From contig CAZOZN010000002.1 of assembly GCA_964584335.1 (NCBI GenBank), positions 8,025-72,024 of the forward strand: 64,000 bases of DNA, read 5' to 3'. Made by a program: the position numbers and the translations under genes. The DNA comes from an uncultured archaeon (GTDB taxonomy: Archaea > Aenigmatarchaeota > Aenigmatarchaeia > PWEA01 > JAGHBM01). The notes beneath the pieces are model-generated. The model had not been told where the DNA came from, ran no database searches, and was given only the letters and a program-made list of their open reading frames with translations. Shown piece by piece: positions 54,855 through 63,906 of the stretch. Positions within the stretch are counted from its first letter, which is position 1. Each line of letters starts with the position of its first letter.

Positions 54855-55739
54855 TTAATTTGGTTTTACTTCGATATTAATAGTTTTGTAGTAGTTATAT
54901 ATATAATTTGCCTCGGCCTTAAATTGTCCTTTTTCCCTTACATCGACCGAGCCAACCGTAAATTTGCATGTGGCCTTCTTTGTCCTGCCGTTCTTAAACT
55001 TGAGTGGCGTGTTTAAAATCATCTGCCCTCCCCCAGCAGTAAAATCGTTGCACTGAGGGTTTATCAAGAAATCAGGGTATTCGATAACTAAATCAGTTCC
55101 TGAAATCTCTTCTTCCGGCATACCGCTTCCCCTGTTTATTAACTGTACGTAAAAATATAATTCCAAACCCTCGTACAGCGGCTGGGGTTTTGATATAGAC
55201 AAATCTATTTCAACTGGTGTCTTGGTCTTATAATAGTAAAGATTTATCTCTCCTGTTCTTCCCTGTCTTTCAAGTCTGCCGTATTCTTCTTCTGTCATTG
55301 CTATGACATCGTACATAGAAGAAGCCTTGGATTTGTAATTAACCCTGTACCTTAAAGTTTCCCTTTGACTTGAATGTATTTCATCAGAAAGGTCTAGCTT
55401 CCACTCCCAATTTTCCATATCGCCCTCTTCCATCTCGATTATATATTCGCTGGTAGCACCTAAAGAAGTAAAATCAACCAAATCTGTCATCTCGACATTT
55501 ATATCCTCTAGAGTCGTGTTTCCAGAGTTATACAAGTCAAAATACAATATGGTGCTCTTACCTTCATAAACCACATTAGGTATTGCTTCAACATCTACAT
55601 CTAAATCCTCATATTGATTATATTTTGGCTCATCGGGTCCCATATCAAGTCCCAATTGAGAAAAAACATCACCGCCTGTTATACAACCAGAAGTAAGTAA
55701 TACTAAAGATAAAAACAAAATTAGAAAGTAACTCTTCAT
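54855..55739 (-). CDS. Secreted lipobox-bearing protein (signal peptide ...LLTSGC), CARDB-like; paralogue.
   Basis: MKSYFLILFLSLVLLTSGC; STILYFDLYNSGNTTLEDINVEMTD; EEEYGRLERQGR motif. Confidence 0.5.
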   Translation of the reverse strand: MKSYFLILFLSLVLLTSGCITGGDVFSQLGLDMGPDEPKYNQYEDLDVDVEAIPNVVYEGKSTILYFDLYNSGNTTLEDINVEMTDLVDFTSLGATSEYIIEMEEGDMENWEWKLDLSDEIHSSQRETLRYRVNYKSKASSMYDVIAMTEEEYGRLERQGRTGEINLYYYKTKTPVEIDLSISKPQPLYEGLELYFYVQLINRGSGMPEEEISGTDLVIEYPDFLINPQCNDFTAGGGQMILNTPLKFKNGRTKKATCKFTVGSVDVREKGQFKAEANYIYNYYKTINIEVKPN

Positions 55740-55778
55740 AACTAAATTATAGAAAGTGTTCTTTTTAAATGTTCTGCA

Positions 55779-56132
55779 TTAACCCATCCCGAAAGGTTCT
55801 ACACAGCCACAAGCTCTCGCGACTTTCCTTATGTTATCTTTATCACTACAATCAAATTTTGAAAAATCTTTTTTTTCTATTGAAGAATAAGAACAACAAA
55901 GTTCGTAAGGTATCTCGTCTCCCTTGCAATTAGTCCTTGCCCAGGAAACACATAAAGAATTAAAGTCCTGTTTTTGCCTGTATATATCCAAGCCCGGTGA
56001 AAAGGTACCCATAAAGAAAATAAAAGTCGCAGCGAGAAAAACACCACCTGATATAATTATAATTAATTTTTCCGAGGTGATTATAACTCCCTTCATGTTA
56101 ACCACTATAACAAAAGAAAAATAAAAGAACAA
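55779..56132 (-). CDS. Pilin-like small secreted protein with class-III (type IV prepilin-like) signal peptide and Cys-rich C-terminal domain. Start probably at the internal Met near 56096.
   Basis: MKG|VIITSEKLIIIISGGVFLAATFIFFMGTF then C.SWARTNC ... ARACGCVEPFG; paralogous to 56144-56512. Confidence 0.4.
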   Translation of the reverse strand: MFFYFSFVIVVNMKGVIITSEKLIIIISGGVFLAATFIFFMGTFSPGLDIYRQKQDFNSLCVSWARTNCKGDEIPYELCCSYSSIEKKDFSKFDCSDKDNIRKVARACGCVEPFGMG

Positions 56133-56143
56133 AATGGGTTATG

Positions 56144-56512
56144 CTAGTATGTAAAGTCACGACCAAATGGTTTTAGACAGTTACAGGCTTCAGCGACTAC
56201 TTCGTACCTAGTATCTATACTAGTATCTGGTACATAACCGACACCAGTCATGTTGTGGTAAGCTTTTGCTACATTATCAGGCATTCCTAGACTATCAGTA
56301 CTTTCCACACATCCAGCTGTACCTATAGTACAATTATCACAATTAGATAAGGCCCAGCTTTGGCACTTAGAGTTAAAGTTCTGCTGTAATGTCTGCTGTT
56401 GTGCTGTGGGTCCGAAAGCACCCATAAACCAAGCAACTGCTGCTAGTAACACTATTATTGCCACTGCTAACATAACCAAAGTGTTTATTGGTATTGAAAC
56501 TCCTTTTTCCAT
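56144..56512 (-). CDS. Pilin-like small secreted protein with class-III signal peptide and Cys-rich C-terminal domain.
   Basis: MEKG|VSIPINTLVMLAVAIIVLLAAVAWFMGAF (K-G then ~25 hydrophobic residues); C.SWALSNC ... AEACNCLKPFG. Confidence 0.45.
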   Translation of the reverse strand: MEKGVSIPINTLVMLAVAIIVLLAAVAWFMGAFGPTAQQQTLQQNFNSKCQSWALSNCDNCTIGTAGCVESTDSLGMPDNVAKAYHNMTGVGYVPDTSIDTRYEVVAEACNCLKPFGRDFTY

Positions 56513-56566
56513 TTTTATCTCCTTTTTATTAATTTATTTAACTTATTTAAATACTTTTTTCATTTC

Positions 56567-57547
56567 TTAATCCATAGTATATGTTGGTTTTATTGTAACC
56601 ATCCTTTCCTCATATAGAGGATAAACATAATCCTCTAATTTTGCGACAGCCTTGTATGTCTTTATATCACTAATATCAGCAGATTGTAAGTCACATCTTA
56701 TAGGAGGAGATACTCCTTTTATTAAAGGTATGGGTGCATCGTTAACTATTTCTGTGTCACTGACCACGTTTATCCAATTTACAGGATGGCATGAGTTAAC
56801 AGTAAGACCGTTATCAAATTCAACACTAAACACACCAGAAGGAACTTCTTCATACATACCACTTCCTTCATCATGAATTCTGATTATTGCTGGTATAACT
56901 AAGTTTTCATCCACTGGTTGTTGGGTTTCAAAAAGCATTTCTATTTTTAATGGTCCTCTTGACTGTGTCTGAACTGGAGTAATTGATATTTTCTCTCCAG
57001 CCCTATTTGCATTTATTAATCTATCATGGTCAATAACGGCTATATCCGAGGTCGTGTAGGAATCATATTCATATTCAACCTTAAAACGTATTGGACACTT
57101 CCCTTCCATTCTCCCCAGGTCTTCGTTAGTAGGTGCCTTGAATTGCCATTCAACAAGTTCGGCGCCTCCTCCAGGATAAATTGTAGCACCTCCTATATCA
57201 TTGCTTATATCCACTTCATCACATCTACCCCAGTCATAAACAGTTGCATATACATCTTCAGCGGCTTTTGCGCCCTCATCTGTGAGTCCTATATTGGTTA
57301 CTATAAAAGAAATCGTGAAAGTAGAATCTGTAGTTTCAGTAGATGCAGAAACGGGCGGATTAGGTATTACCTCTATATCTTCTACCACAATAACATCAGT
57401 AGGAGCTTTTACTGTTTCAGTCTCAACTATACCAAGAGATTCGAAAACAGATTGCATACCGCCTCCCTCAACACAACCTGAAACAAAAATAACAGGAGAT
57501 AAAATAAAAACAATACTCAAAACAGACAAAATTTCCTTTAAACTCAT
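56567..57547 (-). CDS. Secreted lipobox-bearing protein (signal peptide ...IFVSGC), CARDB-like; paralogue.
   Basis: LSVLSIVFILSPVIFVSGC; TFTISFIVTNIGLTDEGAKAAEDVYATVYD; DHDRLINANRAGE motif. Confidence 0.5.
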   Translation of the reverse strand: MSLKEILSVLSIVFILSPVIFVSGCVEGGGMQSVFESLGIVETETVKAPTDVIVVEDIEVIPNPPVSASTETTDSTFTISFIVTNIGLTDEGAKAAEDVYATVYDWGRCDEVDISNDIGGATIYPGGGAELVEWQFKAPTNEDLGRMEGKCPIRFKVEYEYDSYTTSDIAVIDHDRLINANRAGEKISITPVQTQSRGPLKIEMLFETQQPVDENLVIPAIIRIHDEGSGMYEEVPSGVFSVEFDNGLTVNSCHPVNWINVVSDTEIVNDAPIPLIKGVSPPIRCDLQSADISDIKTYKAVAKLEDYVYPLYEERMVTIKPTYTMD

Positions 57548-57593
57548 TTCACCACCTTTAATTTTTAATTTTTTGAATATAAAAGTTTCTTAT

Positions 57594-60191
57594 TTATTTT
57601 ACACATTTTCCGTTGCTACATCCATTTGGACAATTATGTAAGTTTCTTGTTGCACTGCCACCTTCACAAACAGCTTCAGCAAGATTAGTTGCAGAATCCA
57701 AACAATCTCCACCAGAACTTTCCATACAACAATCATTATAAGTCGTATCTCCCTCAGTAGCTCTGGATTTTCTATAATAGTTATAACCACCATCATAATC
57801 CGTACAGTTAACGTCAACATAATTATTACTGTTACACTTTCCATTACTGCAACCATTCATACAATTGTAATTATGACTTGATACAGAATCTCCATCACAA
57901 TCCCACTCGGTCAACTGATCACCACTACATGAATCAGTATGTCCTATACCATCGGTTCCTGTTGCAGTTCCTTTGTTAAAGTGGTCTGGGCCGTTATCGC
58001 TATCCGTGCAAGATGATCCCCCGTCTCCACTATCTCCATCATCACCTTCAGAGGGTTCCCTACAATCTACCATATTCCAAGAACCACATAAACTTGAACA
58101 AGCACTGTTTCCACTACCGCACTCATAAATTCTAAGAGTTTTCATCTGCCCACTAGTTGGATCTTGACATATACATTCCATATAAGACCCAAAACTAACT
58201 TTCATTTTATTTTCAATTTTATCAACATAAGTATAATTAACCAAACCAGTCAATGCAAAAGTTTTCTGCTCTACGTCTATATTAGGTATCCTTGATATAC
58301 ATATAGCCTTTACAGGTTTTCCTATTGTTTCGTTTCCGTCCATGTACTCAGCCAAGCCTCTTAACTTCAAATCATTATCATCTCCAAGACTTGGTTCACA
58401 ATAAGTATCTTCTGTTCCCTCTATATCGCTAACATCAACTCTTGCATATTTTATATTATCAACATAACCATTAGCTACATTTTCCAAATAAAGCATAACC
58501 GGAACTTCCTCCAAATCATCTCTTACCGGCATGTTGTTTCTCATTAAAGCAATACCAAGTCTTACAGGACCACCAGTATCTTCTGTAACTTGTTCCTTTA
58601 CATCCAATTTGCCGTTTCTATCAAGCCTATAATAATAAGATTTATTCATTATCATTACATCTACAAGACCTTCAACACTCAAGTCATAACTTATATTTAC
58701 ACCGTAAGAAACATAATTACCACTAACAAGATTATCAATATTATATCTAAGAACTATTTCACGCATCTCTCCTGGTATTAATTTAGGTAAAGGACAACTT
58801 GGATTTGCTGTATTTCCATCTTCACATGTCATACTAACCGTACCAGCAAGAATCCTTTCCTCTTCCAAAGTACCCTGTGTATAGTATGGTTCTATTGGCG
58901 TTATACTTATATCATAAGCACTCCTGTCACCTTTATTTTCTATCCTACCAATAATCAAAACCTCGCCGGGTTTTTCTATATTTTCGTTACCGAAAATTTG
59001 TAAATCGGTTACCTCAACTGCTTTTATACTTCTCTTGGTATAAGTTTTTGGTTTATAATCCTGATAACATGCTATAGGATTAGCAAGACAAGAATAACCA
59101 TATCCTAATGTTCCCAAAGGAGACCCTAGATTTTCCATTATAGGTCCCGCTATCTGGTCTATGTTATAATCAATTGTAGGCCACCAGTCACCAAAAACAG
59201 CTTCTCCCATTATATCAGGGTAAGCTATTGCTGTGCTTGCAAGAGCAACAACAAGTATTGGTACGCCTATGAAAGTTTTTGCCTTGTCCACGGGGACGGA
59301 AGCGAGTATTCCCAAACCAACAACTGATGAGAATATTACAAAACCAACAAGACTGCTAGTGCCTGACTGTCCTAAGAACGAAACTGAACTAAGTGCAAGA
59401 CCGCCTCCACCAAGAGCGCCCAGTATTATACCATTTACGTTTCTACCCAACAAAAAACCAATACCCACCGAAACCGCAGCCATGACAATCCCGATTCCAA
59501 TAGTGAAAAACTTAGTTAAATCAACAGATATGTCAGGAGCTGTAATAGAAAGTAAAAAAACTACCAAAGTAACAAAAACAAGGATAATAACAAGATACAT
59601 AAAAAATTTTCCAATCTGACCAGCGTCTTTCTCCCCGGCAGATCTTCTAACACCTTCACTTAATCTTTCCCCAACTTCGTAAAATTTTTGAAGCATTTTT
59701 GCTGAGACATCATTTCTACCCTGAACATCAACGGATGGTATAGTTATGAAAAATCCTGAAGCAATTAAAATAAGAGACCAAAACAAAGTCGGATTGCTTG
59801 AGCTAATATCTGAAAATATGTATCCGAATGTGATTACCATTAAAATTCCTAAAATCATTTTCAAAACAGAAAGACCGACTTCCTCGTCTGAAGAAACGCT
59901 ATCAGAAGGCGAGCTCATTATTCCAACAGAAAGAACAAATAATGGTATAAACTTCAAAAACGGGAGAGGACCAAACATCAATAATGTCCCCAAGCTCAAA
60001 AAGATGAAACCACAAGACCTGAAAAAAGCCCTTACATAACCTATATACTCAAATGAATCAATGTTAAAAACAGAAGTGGGTTTTTCAGGATGATAACCTC
60101 CCTGATCTAACAAACCCGGTTTTTCAGCATGACAAATAGGACAAGGATAGCTACTTATTTCCTCTCCGCAGTTGAAACATCTCTTTGTCAT
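57594..60191 (-). CDS. Large polytopic membrane protein: N-terminal cytoplasmic Zn ribbon, ~8 TM helices, large extracytoplasmic CARDB-like domain, Cys-rich C-terminus with duplicated C(x)NGCSNGKC motif.
   Basis: 865 aa; CFNCGEEISSYPCPIC; multiple long hydrophobic segments (residues ~60-330); C-terminal YNCMNGCSNGKC and HNCPNGCSNGKC; 36 Cys in the last ~230 aa. Confidence 0.55.
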   Translation of the reverse strand: MTKRCFNCGEEISSYPCPICHAEKPGLLDQGGYHPEKPTSVFNIDSFEYIGYVRAFFRSCGFIFLSLGTLLMFGPLPFLKFIPLFVLSVGIMSSPSDSVSSDEEVGLSVLKMILGILMVITFGYIFSDISSSNPTLFWSLILIASGFFITIPSVDVQGRNDVSAKMLQKFYEVGERLSEGVRRSAGEKDAGQIGKFFMYLVIILVFVTLVVFLLSITAPDISVDLTKFFTIGIGIVMAAVSVGIGFLLGRNVNGIILGALGGGGLALSSVSFLGQSGTSSLVGFVIFSSVVGLGILASVPVDKAKTFIGVPILVVALASTAIAYPDIMGEAVFGDWWPTIDYNIDQIAGPIMENLGSPLGTLGYGYSCLANPIACYQDYKPKTYTKRSIKAVEVTDLQIFGNENIEKPGEVLIIGRIENKGDRSAYDISITPIEPYYTQGTLEEERILAGTVSMTCEDGNTANPSCPLPKLIPGEMREIVLRYNIDNLVSGNYVSYGVNISYDLSVEGLVDVMIMNKSYYYRLDRNGKLDVKEQVTEDTGGPVRLGIALMRNNMPVRDDLEEVPVMLYLENVANGYVDNIKYARVDVSDIEGTEDTYCEPSLGDDNDLKLRGLAEYMDGNETIGKPVKAICISRIPNIDVEQKTFALTGLVNYTYVDKIENKMKVSFGSYMECICQDPTSGQMKTLRIYECGSGNSACSSLCGSWNMVDCREPSEGDDGDSGDGGSSCTDSDNGPDHFNKGTATGTDGIGHTDSCSGDQLTEWDCDGDSVSSHNYNCMNGCSNGKCNSNNYVDVNCTDYDGGYNYYRKSRATEGDTTYNDCCMESSGGDCLDSATNLAEAVCEGGSATRNLHNCPNGCSNGKCVK

Positions 60192-60198
60192 ATTATCA

Positions 60199-61575
60199 CT
60201 AAATTTTACTCAAGCCGAAAAATATTATTCCCACTCCTATTAGTGTTGCCCCCAGCTGGTTTGTGTATGGGCCCAAGACCAAAGATACCAAAAGACCTAA
60301 AACCAAAGATGTTACAATAGGAGTTATAGATGAATGCAAAATGCCCACACTAGTACCTTCCAAGCCTTTCTTATCTGGATAAAAATCATACCCAGATCCT
60401 ATAAAACCGCACGAATTGCATGCAATTTTACCATCGGCGTCATATCTTAAATTATGGGAACCGCATTTGGGGCATTTTCCTCCACTTGGTTTTTCTCGAT
60501 TTGTTGTCTTTTTATCTTTTTCCTCATCTTTTTTCCTTTGAGACTCTATTTTTTTCTCCGTCATATCGAAAAACTTACCTGATTGTTCCAAAGCTTTTTC
60601 TTTCTCTAACTTTTTCTCAGTTTGTTCAAAAAACTTTCCGGTATCTTTCAGAGCTTGATCATACTCATTTCTCTGTAAATCAAGCAATTTTTTTCTTGCT
60701 CTTTCATTTTCTTTTTCAGTCCTTTCAAACCAATCACCGGCCTCTTTGTAAGCAGCCGGTATTTTTTTCTTTTCTCTTCGTGTAGAAACTCCACTATCCT
60801 TTCTCCTAATTAATTTACCAATACTAGGTTTTTCATATTTTTTTGAACTATATTTTTTCAATAGATCTTTGGATACATTAGGAGGTTTATTCATATCCCC
60901 GACAGACTTAGATTCAACTCTTTTTCTGTGTCTTTCCTTTTCAGCCTCTCTTTCCAACAAAAATTTATTCAATATCTCGTACTGTTCCTCGGTTATCTTG
61001 CCTTCGTCAGCAAAAACTCTTATAAGCAGCCTTAAACTACTAAAATCTTCAAGTTGTGAATTAGAAATAATATTTTTTAATTTTACAACGGCTTTTGAAC
61101 CCAAGACTTTTTTCTTTCTAAGTGCTTCTTCTTTTTTATTCAAAAATTCAAACAAATAATTTATATCATTATTACTAAGACCGGGTGATTTGGATATTAT
61201 ATCATTTAACAACTGGTCTCTGTCTACGTTTCCTTTGTTGATTTTTTTAACATGTTTCTTAACAAAATTCCCGGGTCTTGTATCCTGATATGCTTCGGCT
61301 TCATAAGCTACCCATCTCATAGCCTTGTTTAATTCACTTCTCAGCTTTTCAAGCTCATAATCACTAAATTTATCAATATTATTTGTTATTTTCTCTCTGC
61401 AATATTTCAATTTGTTCATGTCTTTATTAGAAACGGCACTCTTTATCTGCTTTGATATGTGTTTATATTCGCTTCCCATTCCTTCACCTGAGGGTGCTCT
61501 TTTTATATTTAAGTTATTGGATTTCCTATTTTTAAGCTTTTTTTCTTTTATAACAATTCCTTTGTTTTTAATCAA
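60199..61575 (-). CDS. Tail-anchored membrane protein: long K/E-rich coiled-coil cytoplasmic region with three G(K/D)(F/W)FE.TEK repeats, a Zn ribbon (CPKCG...CNSCG), and two C-terminal TM helices.
   Basis: 458 aa; repeats GDWFERTEKENERARKK / GKFFEQTEKKLEKEKA / GKFFDMTEKKIESQRKK; C-terminal ITPIVTSLVLGLLVSLVLG and LIGVGIIFFGL. Confidence 0.5.
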   Translation of the reverse strand: MIKNKGIVIKEKKLKNRKSNNLNIKRAPSGEGMGSEYKHISKQIKSAVSNKDMNKLKYCREKITNNIDKFSDYELEKLRSELNKAMRWVAYEAEAYQDTRPGNFVKKHVKKINKGNVDRDQLLNDIISKSPGLSNNDINYLFEFLNKKEEALRKKKVLGSKAVVKLKNIISNSQLEDFSSLRLLIRVFADEGKITEEQYEILNKFLLEREAEKERHRKRVESKSVGDMNKPPNVSKDLLKKYSSKKYEKPSIGKLIRRKDSGVSTRREKKKIPAAYKEAGDWFERTEKENERARKKLLDLQRNEYDQALKDTGKFFEQTEKKLEKEKALEQSGKFFDMTEKKIESQRKKDEEKDKKTTNREKPSGGKCPKCGSHNLRYDADGKIACNSCGFIGSGYDFYPDKKGLEGTSVGILHSSITPIVTSLVLGLLVSLVLGPYTNQLGATLIGVGIIFFGLSKI

Positions 61576-61615
61576 AGATAATCTTAATCACAGATATTGC
61601 TCCAATTTTTATATT

Positions 61616-62803
61616 TCATAAATCAACATGGAAATCTGATATAGTGTAGCCACCGCTTCCTGTTACCGAGAATATTACCTTGTTTTCACCAACCCCTGCA
61701 TAGTTCTTAGGAAGCCTCAAGCTTATGGTATTTCCCTCGTCAAGAACACCCTGCACAACAAGAGAATGTTTGTCTCCGTCAGGATTTTCTACAGTAGCTA
61801 CAAGAGAAGTTGGTGTTTCAAATATTTTCTCTATCTTGAATTTTATTTCTCCCGGTAATCTTCTATGTTGAGAACCGGTCAAGTAGAAATTCATTTCAAG
61901 TTCTTCCGAAGCCTCTCTATCCCAGAATATAATTATTTCCGCATCTCTTGCTGTAAATTCGGTTCCCCTTTCAGAAGACATTTCAATCAAGTTATCTCCT
62001 TCTCTTATTATGTCTTCAAAATCAATCCACTGTATAAACCTGGGTGTATCGCTGAAAACATTTACCCCATTAACATTAACAAAAAGTTTTCCGTCACCTT
62101 CTATTTCGTCAAAATTAATTATAATTCTTCCCAGATTTACCGGTGTTTCTTTTTCGCCTACATAAAAATTGAAACTTTGTGATACTGTTCCAACAAAGTC
62201 ACTCTTCAGCTCAAGGTTCCTTAACTTATATACAGTGGGAGCCCACATTCTCCAGCCGCTGGACTCCGAAGTAACCAAAAATTCATTATCTTCTGAGAAA
62301 AAACTAATATCAATAGGTATTTCAAAACTTTCTCCGGTTTTAAGTGGCTCTGAGAAAATCTCTTTACCGTTTAAACCAAAAATCAATCTTCCGTAAAGAT
62401 TTGTATCGTATACTTCTCCCAAAAGAGAAACAGATTTCATCTTGTTCAAATCATCCTCGGTGAGAGAAAATATTTTATTATATTCTTTCGATTCGAGTAT
62501 GCCGTTTTTAACTGTCAACTCATCCTCTTGTATAAAAGATTTCTTCTCTGTTACATAACTTATTTTGAAGGGTTTTCTCATAAGATATATGTGCCTCAAA
62601 TCTTCAACTTCTCTGGTACCCACAAAATCATCTTCCGGTAGATTTATTTCGGGCTCGCTGACAGAACGATTGCTTCTCTCCGGAGGCACAAACCTGTAAC
62701 TTGGACCAACAAGAAAATTACCACCATCCATCATCATGTAAAAACTAAAAAAAAGCAAGATACCTACTATAAAAACCTTTGTAAAATACGGGATTTTTCC
62801 CAT
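61616..62803 (-). CDS. N-terminally anchored (signal-anchor TM) extracytoplasmic protein, unknown function.
   Basis: 395 aa; TM VFIVGILLFFSFYMM then an acidic beta-rich domain. Confidence 0.5.
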   Translation of the reverse strand: MGKIPYFTKVFIVGILLFFSFYMMMDGGNFLVGPSYRFVPPERSNRSVSEPEINLPEDDFVGTREVEDLRHIYLMRKPFKISYVTEKKSFIQEDELTVKNGILESKEYNKIFSLTEDDLNKMKSVSLLGEVYDTNLYGRLIFGLNGKEIFSEPLKTGESFEIPIDISFFSEDNEFLVTSESSGWRMWAPTVYKLRNLELKSDFVGTVSQSFNFYVGEKETPVNLGRIIINFDEIEGDGKLFVNVNGVNVFSDTPRFIQWIDFEDIIREGDNLIEMSSERGTEFTARDAEIIIFWDREASEELEMNFYLTGSQHRRLPGEIKFKIEKIFETPTSLVATVENPDGDKHSLVVQGVLDEGNTISLRLPKNYAGVGENKVIFSVTGSGGYTISDFHVDL

Positions 62804-62862
62804 GGGGGCGCCTCCTTTATTCTATTTATTTTATAGTACCGTCGTATAAATATATAGGCCAA

Positions 62863-63906
62863 ATGAAGCTGTTAAATGGTGAAATAATGAAGATACTTAA
62901 AAAAGACTTAAAGAAAGGTCTGGTAAAAGTTAAAATAGAAACACCGGATGACGCATGGAAATTAGAAAGTTTACTTGAAGAAGAGGATTTGATTAGTGCA
63001 AAATCTCCAAGAAGTATCGAAATATTAAGAGGCGACAAAAAAGAAAAGGCAGGCAAAAAATTGTTTTTTATCAAAATTTCTCTTGAAAAAAAAGAATTTC
63101 ACGAATACTCAGGTAAGCTAAGACTTACTGGAAAAATAATAGAAGGTCCTGATAATACACTGGGTTCTTATCACACGATAACAGCAGAAGAAGGAAAAAT
63201 AATAAACATAGAAAAAAACTGGAAAAAATGGCAGATAGAAAAGCTTAAAAAATCTTTGATAAAACAACCAAGATTATTGATATGCATAATGGATGAAAGA
63301 AAATCATCTTTTTTTGAAGTAACTGATAAAATAAAAAAAATATCTGACATAAATAACGAAAAACCGGGCAAGCAATTTGGTGAAAGTGACTCAAAAAAAT
63401 ATTTTAAAGAGATAATTAATTTCTTAAAAAACAAAAAAGATTATGAGAAGATTATACTGGCAGGTCCCGGATTTACAAAAGAAGACCTTTATAAAGAAAT
63501 AGATGGAAAAAACATAGAAATTAAAAAAAACATAAGTGTTGCATCTTGTTCACATGCAGGTGAAAACGGATTACAGGAAATAATAAAAAAAGGTGTTATA
63601 GATAAAATAACCAGAGAATCTAGGATTAGCTTTGAAACAAGAATAGTGGAAGATTTTTTTGATGAATTAAGTAAGGAAAATTCAATTGTTACTTACGGCA
63701 AGAACGAAGTAAAGGAGGCTGTTGAAATGGGTGCGGTAGAAAAACTTCTTGTATCCGAAAAAGAACTGAAAAAACACGAGAAACTAATGGATGAAGCCGA
63801 AAGAAAAGGAGCAGAAATATTGATAATATCAGAAGAACACGAATCAGGACAAAAATTATCCAGGCTGGGTGGTATAGCTGCCTTTCTAAGATTTAAAATA
63901 AATTAA
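62863..63906 (+). CDS. pelA: Pelota/Dom34-like mRNA surveillance factor (eRF1-fold).
   Basis: N-terminal Sm-like domain (VKVKIETPDDAWKLESLLEEEDLISAKS), central ILAGPGFTKEDL, C-terminal eRF1 domain 3 (LLVSEKELKK...AEILIISEEHESGQKLSRLGGIAAFLRFKI). Confidence 0.8.
   Translation: MKLLNGEIMKILKKDLKKGLVKVKIETPDDAWKLESLLEEEDLISAKSPRSIEILRGDKKEKAGKKLFFIKISLEKKEFHEYSGKLRLTGKIIEGPDNTLGSYHTITAEEGKIINIEKNWKKWQIEKLKKSLIKQPRLLICIMDERKSSFFEVTDKIKKISDINNEKPGKQFGESDSKKYFKEIINFLKNKKDYEKIILAGPGFTKEDLYKEIDGKNIEIKKNISVASCSHAGENGLQEIIKKGVIDKITRESRISFETRIVEDFFDELSKENSIVTYGKNEVKEAVEMGAVEKLLVSEKELKKHEKLMDEAERKGAEILIISEEHESGQKLSRLGGIAAFLRFKIN

Noticed and set aside
57026-57856. Plus-strand ORFs 57026..57481 and 57282..57641, and minus-strand 57599..57856.
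   Set aside because: They overlap the 56567..57547 and 57594..60191 genes in other frames or the other strand; low-complexity translations; no independent support.
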